This document shows, in pieces, positions 1 through 12,700 of a stretch of DNA of 64,000 nucleotides. This stretch comes from Thalia democratica. Its lineage: Eukaryota. The notes beneath the pieces are model-generated. The model saw nothing but the letters and a program-made list of their open reading frames with translations. It had not been told where the DNA came from and did not search any database. The position numbers and the translations under genes are program-made. Where the stretch lies: contig OZ241833.1 of NCBI GenBank assembly GCA_965202585.1, forward strand, positions 24,800,001-24,864,000, read 5' to 3'. Each line of letters opens with the position of its first letter. Within the stretch, counting starts at the first letter, position 1.

Positions 1-742
1 TTGTTTTTAAAATGTACATCAAACTCATTGTTTATTTTTTTTATAAAAATATTTTTAGGTCAAGTATAAGCTTTCCACCATTTTATGGCTTTGTTAGTTT
101 TTTTTTATATTAATAACAACATGTTTTGAAACAAAAAAAGCATATAAATTTAAAAACATAGTTATTTTTATGTGTGGATAAACCAAAAAAAAAAACACAT
201 CCTTTGTTTACACAGTAGTATTAATTTAATTCATTAAATGTGAAAAAAAAATCATAAAAAAGTATTATTAAAACATGATAATTAAAATTGTTAAAATCCA
301 AAAGCACTAATCGACAACGTAAGCAAAGTTACAACAAAAACTTCTACGTCGACAGTTGCTTCACGTTTGCCATTCGCGCAAGTAGGCGCTTAAGTTAAAA
401 AAAAAAGAAATTGAAAATAAACGCGCCATAATGACTAGGCACTTCGAGCGCCAAAAGCAGCAGTTGCGCTTTACTACAGCGAGCAGAAAAACACAACCGC
501 CTCGTAAACAAAAACTACCAATAGATCACGTGAATCGCGCGGTTGTTGTTGTGAGTCATAACGCTTTGTTGGAAGCCACCCTTTGCAAACAACTCGCTGC
601 TGGCAAACTGCCAACTTCCCACAACTTTTCGTTTCTTTTACAGCCGTTTCGGCCTTTTGTAGGTTCGTTTTCCTTTGTGCTGGCTCGCAACTCGGAGTTA
701 TTCGAAGTATTTGCGCGCGCGGGGGGTTATTATTTTTACTAG

Positions 743-799
743 ATTAAGTTGAAGCTGTTTACATTGGAGAGGCTGAAGGCTTTGAACCGAGTGGCTTGA
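743..799 (+). CDS. Candidate short terminal exon (IKLKLFTLERLKALNRVA*)
   Basis: Acceptor ttatttttactag and mostly G/C-ending codons; no upstream partner exon identified. Confidence 0.25.
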   Translation: MKLKLFTLERLKALNRVA

Positions 800-2984
800 G
801 AGTTTTGCTGACATTTTATTTGAACATTTTTTGTAATGAATGGTTTTAATGACACGCTGAAAAAGCTCCGAGTTCAATGAAAAGCTCAGCAGTTGTAAAC
901 AAAGTTTATAAGCAACTTATATAGAAATATACCTAGTTTGATTTAAACTATTCTATTGAACAACTATTATTATATTCAACTTTAAAAGTTTACTACATAA
1001 TTGTCAGTTAAGATAAGTTTTAAAATAATCAAGATACATATAGATTAATCATAAATTCTTTCAAAGCTCGTATAAATAAATAAAAAACGTTATTAACAAT
1101 AGAAGAAAAAATAATTAGTCTCAAATAATTTTCTACTGCATGTATTTATTTTTTTGTATCGTATTTAAACTCAAAACACTAGTAATTTTTGATAAAAACA
1201 ATCTTTTATATAGTCTAACAAGTTATTTTAAGTAAAACGAAAATAACTTTATAAAAAAAATTTTTTGACACGTAAAACTATTTCTTGATGCTTATAATTC
1301 TCAGCAAGCTTTCAATAACAAAAAAGAGCCGAAAATAACATTAAGCAGGTTTAATGAGCACGAACCTTAAATTATAACCAGTTACTTTGTGAAAAAAATC
1401 AATTGTTTTTAGATTTTTTTACCTCGTTATTAATCGCATTTAGAGCTTAAAATCATACATTGATATAGTTATAATTGTTTGTTTAACTAATAAAATATGT
1501 TCAAATTTTTAAGTCTATACATTTTAATTGCTGGTATATAAACTTACTATAAGTAACTTGTTTATACTTCAATTTTTTATTGGTATCAATTAATTAGTTG
1601 TGGAGACAAGTAACTTTGGTGAATGCCAAAACTTAAATTATTAACATTAGAAGCACTTTTTATGTCTAGTCTACAAGGCAGTTATTTTACAGAAGGGTGT
1701 TTAGCATGTATTAGTAAATTTTAAAGCAATTTTTTAATTAATGAGTTTAGTAGCTAAATATATTTTTAAAAGTAAGTTTTTATTAAAAAAAACTCAGTTT
1801 TATTAAAAACATTTCTGATTCTGATTTATCTAAATAAGAATACCACAAATATTTACATTACATACTTCATAAATTTTTAATTAAGAGTTTTTGATGGAAT
1901 TTGTTGTAATAATAACATTCAAATAAGTTGAAGATTATGTACAAGTGTTTTTTATATAAATAAAAACAATTAAATTCTACTAAACTTATAGTATGCAATT
2001 TGGAGTGATCAAGAATTTAAATTATAACTAAAATGACGATCCAAATTGTAGTAGTTCTAAGTTACTTTGAGTTATCTCTTCTAGTAAATATTATTTTCAA
2101 AACTTTCTAACGTCATACTATATTAATTAGACCATAAGATTAACTTTTTTTGAGTTAACTTAAAATAGGAATTTGTAATGTCTACCAACCAGTATTCACT
2201 TTATATTATATTAGTCCAATTCCAATTAAAAAAATTGATTTTCTTACATAAAAAAGCACCAACAAATAGAGTCTAGATAGGTATAAATTACATTTATCTT
2301 TACAGTTAAAGAATTTCTGTTTATTAAGATCAACGAAAACCAAATAAGTATTAGAAAATAGTTAACAAAGGAATGAAAAATTTAAAAACTTAAAAAAAAA
2401 TTAGCAAAATGTATGCTTCAATATAATGAATACTATTTATTAACAGAATCTAGAACTAAATACAATATTGAACAGAAATAAATAATAATAAAAATTAAAA
2501 AAAAACATATTGTTTTCATTTATAAAACAAAAATAAAAGAAAACTTAAACGAGCATATGGATTTACATAAACTTTGGAGGTAAGAAAAAAATCAAAATTT
2601 TAAAGTAAGCATTTTTTCAACACGTCTGTAAGAAATCAAATTCATAAGTCCTTTTTGAAAAATTAAACGAAATAATTTATCCAAAAAAAATATTCTTTTA
2701 AATTTTAAACGAATTAGATTACTTTCACAGACTATACTGTCTTTGAAAACGACTAAAAACCAACTCTAATCAAAGAAAACAAAAAAAAAACCTTGAATAA
2801 CGAAAGTCAATTGAAATATGTATACAATTGAAACAGAGACTTCCGAAATAGAAGCAGCAATATTTGTTGGTATCAGTTTGTATATAAATAAAAACACACA
2901 CGCTTTATTTGGCAGCAGGCACCGTAGAAATTTGATACAAGGTTTTTGGACGTTCGTCAGTTACAAATATACAAGATAATCAGA

Positions 2985-2996
2985 TTGGCGCGCCAA
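2985..2996. promoter_or_regulatory. Palindromic E2F-type site with overlapping ATTGG (CCAAT box)
   Basis: TTGGCGCGCCAA in a CpG-containing patch. Confidence 0.3.
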
Positions 2997-3559
2997 AATT
3001 CAGTTCCGAACAACAACAAAGGGACTCACCACGAAAAGAATTTATCTGTACAGCGATTTCGTAAAGGATAATTCGAACATGGCGAAAGAATTAAAGCTTA
3101 TTTTTTGAGCCCAATTAAAATACTTTACAATGAAAAATCAGCTGTTAGCGTTTCAAATGTTGTTAAAACCTCTCATAATTGTAATAAGTTTTAGCCGTTT
3201 TGGTAATTTTAAACATAACATGATGTACAATCATTCAACAAATCTTTTAGTTTTTCAAAATTTTGTGAGCGATACTGAGAAAATTTGTTATTGCCATCAT
3301 TATTAATCATACAGACTGCAAACTTAAAAAACATGTTAGAGTTAGGTTAAATTTTTCAATACAAGTTTAAGGACAAACTCTAATAGAAAATTAAATCAAT
3401 ACAACTTTATCGTTTCCAACATTTTCAAAGCAAAACAAATCACGCTGGGTGGAAAAAACACACCGATTTTCGCCAGCAGCAGAATATGAAAAAAAAAAAT
3501 TGGTATTCACGGCACTTTTCGAGGCGGGCGGACAAAAGGTCAACAGAAACGTCGTCCAA

Positions 3560-3790
3560 TCACGGCGCCGTGTTCTGCTGCGTGACGGGGTTGCGGTGGC
3601 TGCCGTTGGTCGACAACGTGGACGACCTCGCCGTCCGTCCCTGCGGACGGCGGAAGTTGGTGGCGGTGGGCGCGAACTGCCGCGTCGGTTTGGGGAAAGC
3701 ACCGTTGTTGGAGGGGATGGACCCGACCTCGGAGGTGGGGTTGGAGGAGGAGCTGCTGGTTGACGGGGACTGGCCGAGCTTGGTGTCGCC
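3560..3790 (-). CDS. DEPTOR: DEPTOR exon 10 (Ser/Thr-rich tail, stop)
   Basis: tttccag acceptor; 77 codons GDTKLGQSPSTSSSSS...QQNTAP* with GC-rich codons. Confidence 0.8.
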   Translation of the reverse strand, partial: GDTKLGQSPSTSSSSSNPTSEVGSIPSNNGAFPKPTRQFAPTATNFRRPQGRTARSSTLSTNGSHRNPVTQQNTAP

Positions 3791-6700
3791 CTGGAAACGA
3801 GTTTGTTTTGTAAAAAGTTATAAAGTGTTGTAATGATTAAATGTAAAAAATTAGTATAAAAATCAAAACTTTAACATATAAAAAAAATCAAGGACTCAGT
3901 AGAGTAATCTTCCTGTTTTTTGAACAGAGCTCAAAGGTCACTTAGATCACTGCAGTGTTAAAAAAACTTATTAAAAGATGGACATACCGAAGAAACTGAG
4001 GAGTTGGAGGAGAACTTTGAAGTTTCTTCGTCGCCGATCCTCTCAAACACCCGGATGTCCAGCCTCTCAAAGGAGTTTCCGGCCAAAATTAGTTTCTCTA
4101 CCTGGCCGTAGCTCTTGTTCAGCACCTGGTGGCCGTTCACGTTTTCAATGTACTGGTGTATCTGTACAATAAATTTTTAAATAGTTTATTAATAAAAAAT
4201 AAATTTTTATAGTTTTATGTAAACTCTGAAAACACCAAGAATAATTTAAACTAAAAAATAGGCTTTATATTTTAATATAACACATGATTTGAGGTGTAAG
4301 GACAGGTGTGCAGAATAAGAAACAAAAAGATTGAATTAAGGAAATATAGTACAAGCACTCTGTCAAAGAAAAAAAGAGGCAAGTAACATAATGAATTGCC
4401 ATCGAAAATAAAGTTATATAAACTTTTTATACAATCAATTATGTGGAAATGCCTCGGGTGCGAAAACTTCATACTTGCTCCCGAAAGAATGCAGTACCTA
4501 TACAATTTGCACACTTCAAGGTTCTTCGTAAATTCAGTTTCGGTTGCGTTTAAAAATAGCACTCGGTAAAGATGATTAAAAAGAAAAACATCATTTGTGG
4601 TTTTTGATCTAGCAAGATAAAAAATCACCGTAAGACAGAGCAATGTCAGTAAAATAATTTGAATAATTATTAAGTTGTAAAACTAATGAAAAAATTAATT
4701 AAATTAAAAGCAATAAATCGTTTATTACATAGTAAATTGGGATTTTGGACAGTGGGGAATAAAAAATTTAAAGAAAGGTTTTACACGAGAAAAACTATTA
4801 CTTTTATGTGTCGAAAACTAAATGCAAACGATTAATGCTTTACTCACCGTCTACAACTGGCACGAGATTAACACAAAAAAAAAAGTGCTTCAATCAAACA
4901 CATAATGTGCAAGTCATGCGCGGAACTTTGATGCATGCGCGGCCGCAAAAGATAAAAGAGCGAATTCCGCAATGCAGCAGAAAGGTGAAAATTCTTTCTG
5001 CGCGTTCGAACATCGGCTGGTGATAATTGTGGCAGGTTAGCGAGTTCGATAGAAACAAATAAGTCAAGGATAAACGCTTTTTTGTTTGAAAAAAAAACTA
5101 ACAGCCATATTTCGTGCATTTTAAGTGTGAATTGACATTTTTTACAACGCTGTGTAAACAAACGAGAGGTTCAACTCCAGTTGATTGCCAAAGTTTCCAC
5201 CTTGAAAAGTTGTAAGCAAATAAGCGATTTGCATACTGGCTTGCATGCAAAACTTTCAAAAAGGAGATTGTATACAAAGTCACTTGAAATATCAATAGAA
5301 TAAAAATGCTCGGACAACTATTGAATATTTGTATGACGCAAGCAAGCATTTAAACGAGGAAAGTACCTCGTTTATTTATAAAAATCATAACGCCGTCTTG
5401 AAACAAAAATCGTTTTCTATTACAAGTATAGTAAAGTAAGCAACAATTGTTAAAAAAAGATATCGATTTATATAACAAAATTTTAACTATGCAATATTAG
5501 TTAGAACTTTATCGTAAAAAAAATAAATATTTTTGGCTAGCGTTTTATTTATACACTGTTTTTTAATAAACTTTTACTATTTCTGTAATATTTTAAAAAC
5601 AAGAGAGTATTTTAACTTTACAATTAAAACATTATAAACTTTACATTTTTATTTTAAGTACTTAAAAATAAAATTTCAATATGTAGTAATAGTTTATTAA
5701 ATATTCTATTAATTAAGGAAGGAAGTACTTATCTGTGAGCTTATGGCGATTTCAAACCTCAAATTTTAAACATAAGTCGTTAATCCAAACATTTACAAAT
5801 ATAAATTTACGACAAAGGAGAAATTAGTACAGGAAGTATTATATCTAGAAACAATAAGCGCGATACTCATCTATTTGTTTCTTATAATAATTAAGTACAT
5901 TTATTAAAGAATATTGCAATATTTTACAGAACTCTTAAACAATTAGTATTTGACGGCAAGTTATAAAAATGTTTATGGTTGATAAAATTGCATACAGATT
6001 AATAAAAACAAAAAAAAATATTGCGAGTTATGAGAAAACTTATGCTTTACAAACTTATTTGTAAAACAAAATAAAGAACACAAAAAAGTAAGCAGTTTTT
6101 GTGTGGTTCAATTGTCGTTATTGTGTGCATTGTTGAAATTCGTTCATGATTTAAAAACATGAGCTTTTTAGTGCATGATGATTTGTTGGGAGTATTTTGT
6201 TTCGCATGTGACTTCGAGTATCACAAGCGTTTGTGTTTACTTTTTTTAAACAAATCATCCGAACATTAAACAAAGATTGTGTAAACAAACAGAACAAAAA
6301 CAAAACAGGTATTGTGTACAGCACATGTAAACAGTTCTTAAACCATAATAACGAAACATATATATATTTAAGCTACTTATTGTAGACAAAGACCTCAAGA
6401 ATAATAAAATTATACAAAAATGTATAACTAAAAATTCATCATATATAAGTTAAATTAATACTTATCTGAAAAATGATTTTTAGATAAAATGGTGAATAAT
6501 AGTACTGTTTTACATTTATATCTTACAAATGCTTATTTGTATGTTTAACCTTTATTTATATATAAAAATACGTATACAGGGCCTTTATACAGGGATATAA
6601 AACAACAAAATCGATTTACCTTATTACTCAAAAGAGTTTACAGAACAGCTATTGTCTTCAGACAAAACAAAATAGAAACTAAGCAGTGATAAATTAGAAA

Positions 6701-9700
6701 AAAAATGTATTTGCCTAAAATGTCTACATTTTTTTTAACTTTGATAAACATCACAATCCTAAATGATATGTAAAATTTAAAAAACAAAACATTTATACCT
6801 TATGATGAAAAAGTACATTTAAGTAGTATTACATATTCATTTTAGTAAGCCTTCTTTAATATAAAACTTAAATACAAAATAACAAATATAATAAAAACAC
6901 TTATTAAAATAAAAAGCTTTCTTGTAAAACTTAACGAGGTAATTAAATACCTGTAAACAATTTTAGAAAATATTAATTAAAAACTAAATGGTTACAGGTA
7001 ACTTGAAAACCTAGTTATATTATTTTATTTAAACTTAAAATTATGTTTTAAACTACTTAAAATAAACTCAAAAACATTCAGATTAAAGTTAATTTTAATT
7101 TTACAAAAACAACTTATGTAATTTTATTTATGAATCTAAATATTCATATATTTATGTTTTCAATTTTAAATTATCAGAGTTAGGTAACGAGAATGATGTA
7201 CGGCTTCCTAACGCATGATGATTTATAAAAAATTCCTGCTTTCAAATGTATGTTGAAACAATACGAATAATGTTCATAGATTTCTAGTTACAACATCACA
7301 AGAAAAAAACTACACAAACCAAAAAAAAAACCGGTACTTTTTGAAACATACATAAACTAATTAGTTTTTTTACACACCTTCAATCCGGCCCTGATCGCGG
7401 GCCCCTCAATGTCAACCAGTTTTATGTAACAGGGGTTCTCCCCTCTCACGCAGAACCCGTAGCCCAGGCCGTCGGGGATGATCTGTTCGAAAAAAAAAGA
7501 AATTATTAGCACTTTGGAAAATTAATTTCATTAATATTATATACATATATTTCACGTGACGGTTTCACACAAGTCGGTGGAAACATACTTTGCGGTGGTT
7601 GGCGGCCAGATTAAGCACGAGATACTGTAAATTGCAAAAGCGCTGTCACGAAATTCCTTAATAGTTTAATAAATACTTGCGCTCGCTTGCAACGTATTAC
7701 ATATCATTGGAGCTATCTGCCCGATCTAATCTTGTTAAAGTAAATTTAAATTGCACTAAACCGTATGGAATGCCAACGACAACTTTCAGGGAAAATTTTG
7801 GTGTCAAATTAACACATTTTTTACAGATCAGTGCAACAGTTTTTAGCCAAGAAAAAAAAAGTACAACTTTAAAAAAACCATTAAAAAAACTACTTGAATA
7901 AAACATTAGTATTGCTTTTATTGTTTAATATTTTACCTTGATGTTTCTCTTAACGAAAGGAGCTTCGGGGTGTTGAAGTGCCTTGACGGTCACTTTACCG
8001 TCGACGTCCAGCAAAGACTCGTAGGAGGGTGGGGGGCTGTTGAAATATAAAATAATAACTAAAACTATGAACAAAAAATCAAACATTTTTAAGAACAATT
8101 TTTTTTTTTTAATTTCAACTAAAGACGTTTTCAATCAACTTCTGTACTTGGGTAAAACTAAATTTAAAACAATACAAAAAATGTTTAGTTCTCCGCAAAG
8201 AGGTGCACACGCCACCTTTGCGGACAGCACAAGTGAAAAACCCGTCCGCAGTTATGCCGAGTGCGCGTCAGCACGGCGTTTATTTGCGGAAAATACTATA
8301 TAAAGCCTCACAAAAAAAATGCATCACGCGTAACCAGTCTGCCGCTCGGCGAAAATGTAAACACGCAAGCGCCGTGTCAACACACACACGGTGAGAGAGA
8401 GGAGTTTATAGTAATTTTTTGTGACGCGCACCTTACTATAATTCACATGACCCGCTGTGTGTTTGCTTTTCAACAGACTTCTACTTCCTCTCCGGATTTT
8501 GTAACAAACTTTTTTTATTTTGAGACGTTTAAAGTTACTATAAACGCCTCTTTTTTTTTCAAAGATGTTTGCCAACAGCAAACTTTGTAAAGTTCGCAGA
8601 ACTGAGCTAGCTGCTACAAGGCGGAACTTTCAAGAAGTGATAAAAAATGACTTTCTTTCAAGTTTGACATTTTGAGGCTTTTAGTGATAAAAGTTGTCAG
8701 CCCGCAATAGTGTTATGGTGATGTATTGAGCTAACATCGAATTAAAACCTTCAGATTATATAAACAGATACAGTTCAGCCTGTAAAAGTTAACGATCTAC
8801 AAATGCTGAAAGGCAAAGCAGCGTCCAATTAACATTTAAGAAAATCTAGCTTGTTCTATATGACTAACCGTAAAAAGACGGAAGCAAAAGCTAATGAGAA
8901 AGTTTTCAAATACCTTCGGCCACCTACACGCTTTCAAAAGCGAACCTGTCGAGCTTATGTAACTTTTTTTTGTTGAAACTTCCATTCACAAGTGCTTCAA
9001 ACCGTGCTTGTATGCGCACCAAACAAACTGGTTTGCAATTTACAACTTTTCCTTAACAAACTTTGCTTCGCGGTCCTTGTGAAGTTCACGTAAAAAGTGC
9101 ACGCTTGTGATTGAAGTTCGAGCCGCCCCTTGCGGGGGGTGACGTTGAAAATTTTCAGTATGAAATCACGAGATTGCAGTTTGGCGAAGTCACGAGGCGA
9201 CGATTTTCCGTGCGAATTTAGACTGCACGAGTTGTTGATTGCGGGTTTGGGATTTTTTAATATTTTTTATCAGTTTTCATCGTGTTGGCTGAAATTTTAA
9301 AACAACCGCAAAAAGATGAAAAGCAATGAAACAGTTTGTTAAATACAATAGTTATTTGAACTAGGCGATACAAAGTTTCTCACACTGTTACTAGCTGACC
9401 TATAAAAACGCAGTGACCTGACCTAATTACGAGGTGTTAATTAGCAATAAAAATAAAGACAAAGCGCCCATTTGACCTCATTTACATACCAAGAGGTGCC
9501 AAATTGCAAACTTTTGCCTTTAGAAAAATATGAACTTTGTAAAGGAAAACGTAATTAAATGAAGAAAACAGTTTTTCTATAAATAAGAAATTACATCAGA
9601 AAACATAAACATTTTCTTTTGAAAAGAACACACTTATTAAGTACAATTTAGACTTCTTATGTATTTAATCCTAATAAAATAGAAATTTTACTTAATTTTA

Positions 9701-12700
9701 TTTTAAAAAATAAATAAAGCTAAATAGTTTTTATACTATGCTTTAAAAATTATAGAGTATTTAAATTACAAAAACATATTTAAATAAAAAGTTAAACCAA
9801 AATAAAATATACATTGAATGTGATTTATCTTACACTTAAAGATATTACTAACCTCAAAAGAGGCAACTTAAAAGGATTGAATTTTACGTAACAGTTTATC
9901 TATATTGAAATTCTTAGAATGTCAAAGATACTAATTTTTCCAAAGACATTCTTAGAAGAATAGATTACAGAACTATCAGTGCATTTTTGCAATAACTCAA
10001 GTAACAAAATTAAAAGATTAAAAAATCTAAAAACTAAAATCTTTATTATTTCCAACAGAAACAGAAATAAAAAAAATACTTTTCTAGCCATTGCATTTTT
10101 AATGTATACATTTTTAGCCATTACAGTATTTATTCATCTATAATTAAAAACTGCATTCACCCATTATTTTTTAAACTTATACTTACTTAGCTGATACGTT
10201 TTTCATTCAAACTTAAAAAGTACCTGGGTGCCCTTCTTTTGGGGGCGAAGTTGATGAAGTTGTCGTCGAGGACCCTTTCGACGCTGATCTTGGACCGGCA
10301 CCTGGCAGTGAACACTTCCGAGAACTTGTAGAAGTCGACGCCGTTGTCCTCGAACTTGCTCTTGTGGGGCGTTTGAACTGTTGAAATAAAACGGTTCAAG
10401 TCTAAAAGTTAATGTTAAAATTAGTTGGATATTTTTGCTCAGACACCATTTGCTGTTGGTCCGTTTGCTGCCATGTGTATATGACATGGTTGGAAACATC
10501 AATAACAAAAGTGTTATCAAAAATATAAAACGTCAAACAATTTTTTTGAAGAGATGTTTGTTAAGATAAATTTGTTGATTTTGAATTTTAGTTTATAAAT
10601 ACTTTTACTTTGATTTTGTTCAGTTTAGAAAAATTTGCTATAAATATATTTTTGCATTTAGCTAATTCAACCAGCTGTGGTAGTTTGATTGGAGATAAAA
10701 AACAAAAATAAAAACTTTTGTCAACTATGACAGAAATGCGAAAGAGTAAAAAAATAACACTTAAACAAACATTTTTCACTGGAAATAATGTTTTTGAATA
10801 CTACGCACATAGACGTCAGCGGCAAAAACATGTTTTTGTGAAATTGTAGTAAGAGCGCGTAGTGTACACAACAGATGCTCGGCAGTGAGTCACTTGTTTA
10901 CTCGAGCTTGTGTGGCAAAGTTCAAGACTAGCACAACTTTCAAAACAAGACGGCCGCGAGTTAAATCTCTTGTTTTTGTTCAAAAGCTAAAACGCTTACG
11001 CAACAGATTTTGAAGTAGCGTTTTTTGCAGCAAACTTAAAAGTAAAGGCAATTTGAGTGCAGTTGCACACATGTAAGTTGTTGCTTAATTAAAAACATGC
11101 GCTTGTTTATTATTTACCACTTAAGTGACAAATTTCACCATAAGTTTTAGGCAAGAGCATGTTAACTACTAATGAGCAAATTAAGCAATGGCAGAAGTCT
11201 AAAAATAATAAACTTATGGTTGTCATAACCAAATAAATAACATCAATTCACAACAACAAATCGCACCACTCGCTTTGCCATTAAAAACGACGCTGGCTTT
11301 CATTTCCCTTAACACTTGACATTGAAATAACAAAACAGCGCGCAGTTTGCACAATACACACAGCAATAAAAAAATACATAAAAGCGGGATGTGAGCGCTG
11401 CACTTGACTTACCGCAAATGGCCAGTTTTCAACGGAAAACGGCTGGCAGGAACAAAAAGCACAAAAGTAAAAGAGGGGAGGGGGCAGTAAAAACAACTGA
11501 CGGAGGCGGCACAAAGGTCGCTTTTTGAAAATTTGCAGCTTTTTTGATGTGAGGGCATGACGGAAGGGAAATCACGTATGAAGAGGCTGTTGCGCCGCTG
11601 CAGCGAAAAGCAAAACGGCAGACACAACAGCCATCGTCTGCAGTCGAATTCCGCTCTCGCCGCTTCGTGTGTCTGGTTCTGTTGTGTGAAAGGCATGAAA
11701 AATTGACTGGTATTTCGATGTGCGGCTGGTGGGGCTTCGCGAAGCGTCAGAAAGTTGTAAATATTTTGATTTATGGCTTGAAGCGAGCGCTGCTTGAAGT
11801 AAAGGCTTGAAATAATCAATGTCAGCAATTTTTTTTTGCACTGACGTCTGAAACCAAATATACAAAGCAGCTATTTTATTTCATTTCTACGTTTTGAAAA
11901 CGATTTTGTATGGAGCTTAAACTAATAACTGCTCGCTCCATTCAACTACAGCTTAAGTGAATATTAAAGTATTAAGTATTTTAAAAATGTGAGGTTAAAC
12001 ACAAACTTCATTGCATTGACAACTATTGTAAAAAAAAAGCTTCCAACAATGACTCATAAATAACTTAAGAAGGACTTTTCGGCAAAACTAAACTTTTACC
12101 AGTTAACGTTTTCAGTTGACCGTAAACAGATAACATTTGAAAGAGGAAGGGGCTTAATGGACAAAAAATCTAACAACAGAATTTTCAATGACTAAACGCA
12201 GCATGAGTAGAGACAACTAATATTCGAAAGTACACTCTGCACTTTGAGAAACAGGAACACACATACAGAGAAACTGAAAAGCCAATAATGTTCGCATAAG
12301 AAAGGCGCGGTAAAGCGACAGCGCGCAACCAGCAACGGCCAGTTTCGACCGGAATCTTTTGAGCTTTTTCCGCGAACGCGCGCGCAAAGCTGGCGGGCGC
12401 GCCACACAAAAGGCTTGAAAAAAAAAGCGCCACGCATCAAAGTTACTACGGCTACTACTCGAGTGTAAGACTTTTGACAATAGAAAAAAAAACGGCGCGC
12501 ACTCACACAGCCAAAACAAAGAATGTGGTGAATTCAAACAGAAAAGAAGCGCCCGTGTGTTGGTGGGGCGAGCCTTGAAGGAGAATTAAAAGTGAAAAAA
12601 AAACTTTCTTGGCCGAGCGCCCCTTTGTTTCTTTGTTAGAAAGAGTTTGAGCGCGAGTATGAGTCATGTGTTTTGCTCTGCCACACTGCAGTTAAATGCG

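Noticed and set aside
431-742. 103-aa ORF and other short AT-rich ORFs in the track (for example 34898, 42094, 54819, 57125)
   Set aside because: Low-complexity F/L/I/K-rich translations with no motifs, splice support or codon signal.
3391-3833. ORFs 3391..3702, 3449..3763 and 3486..3833
   Set aside because: Alternative-frame or antisense shadows of GC-rich DEPTOR exon 10.
9100-9140. GTTCGAGCC as a tRNA T-loop
   Set aside because: No A-box, acceptor stem or cloverleaf.
10666-10678. TTCAACCAGCTGT, matching the 3' half of miR-133
   Set aside because: The seed (TTGGTCC) and hairpin are absent.
11281-11865. ORFs in intron 5 and the strong donor at 11412 as an alternative coding first exon
   Set aside because: The phase-1 frame needed to join exon 6 has a stop and no ATG, and exons 6-10 contain no in-frame Met. 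At most it is a non-coding exon.
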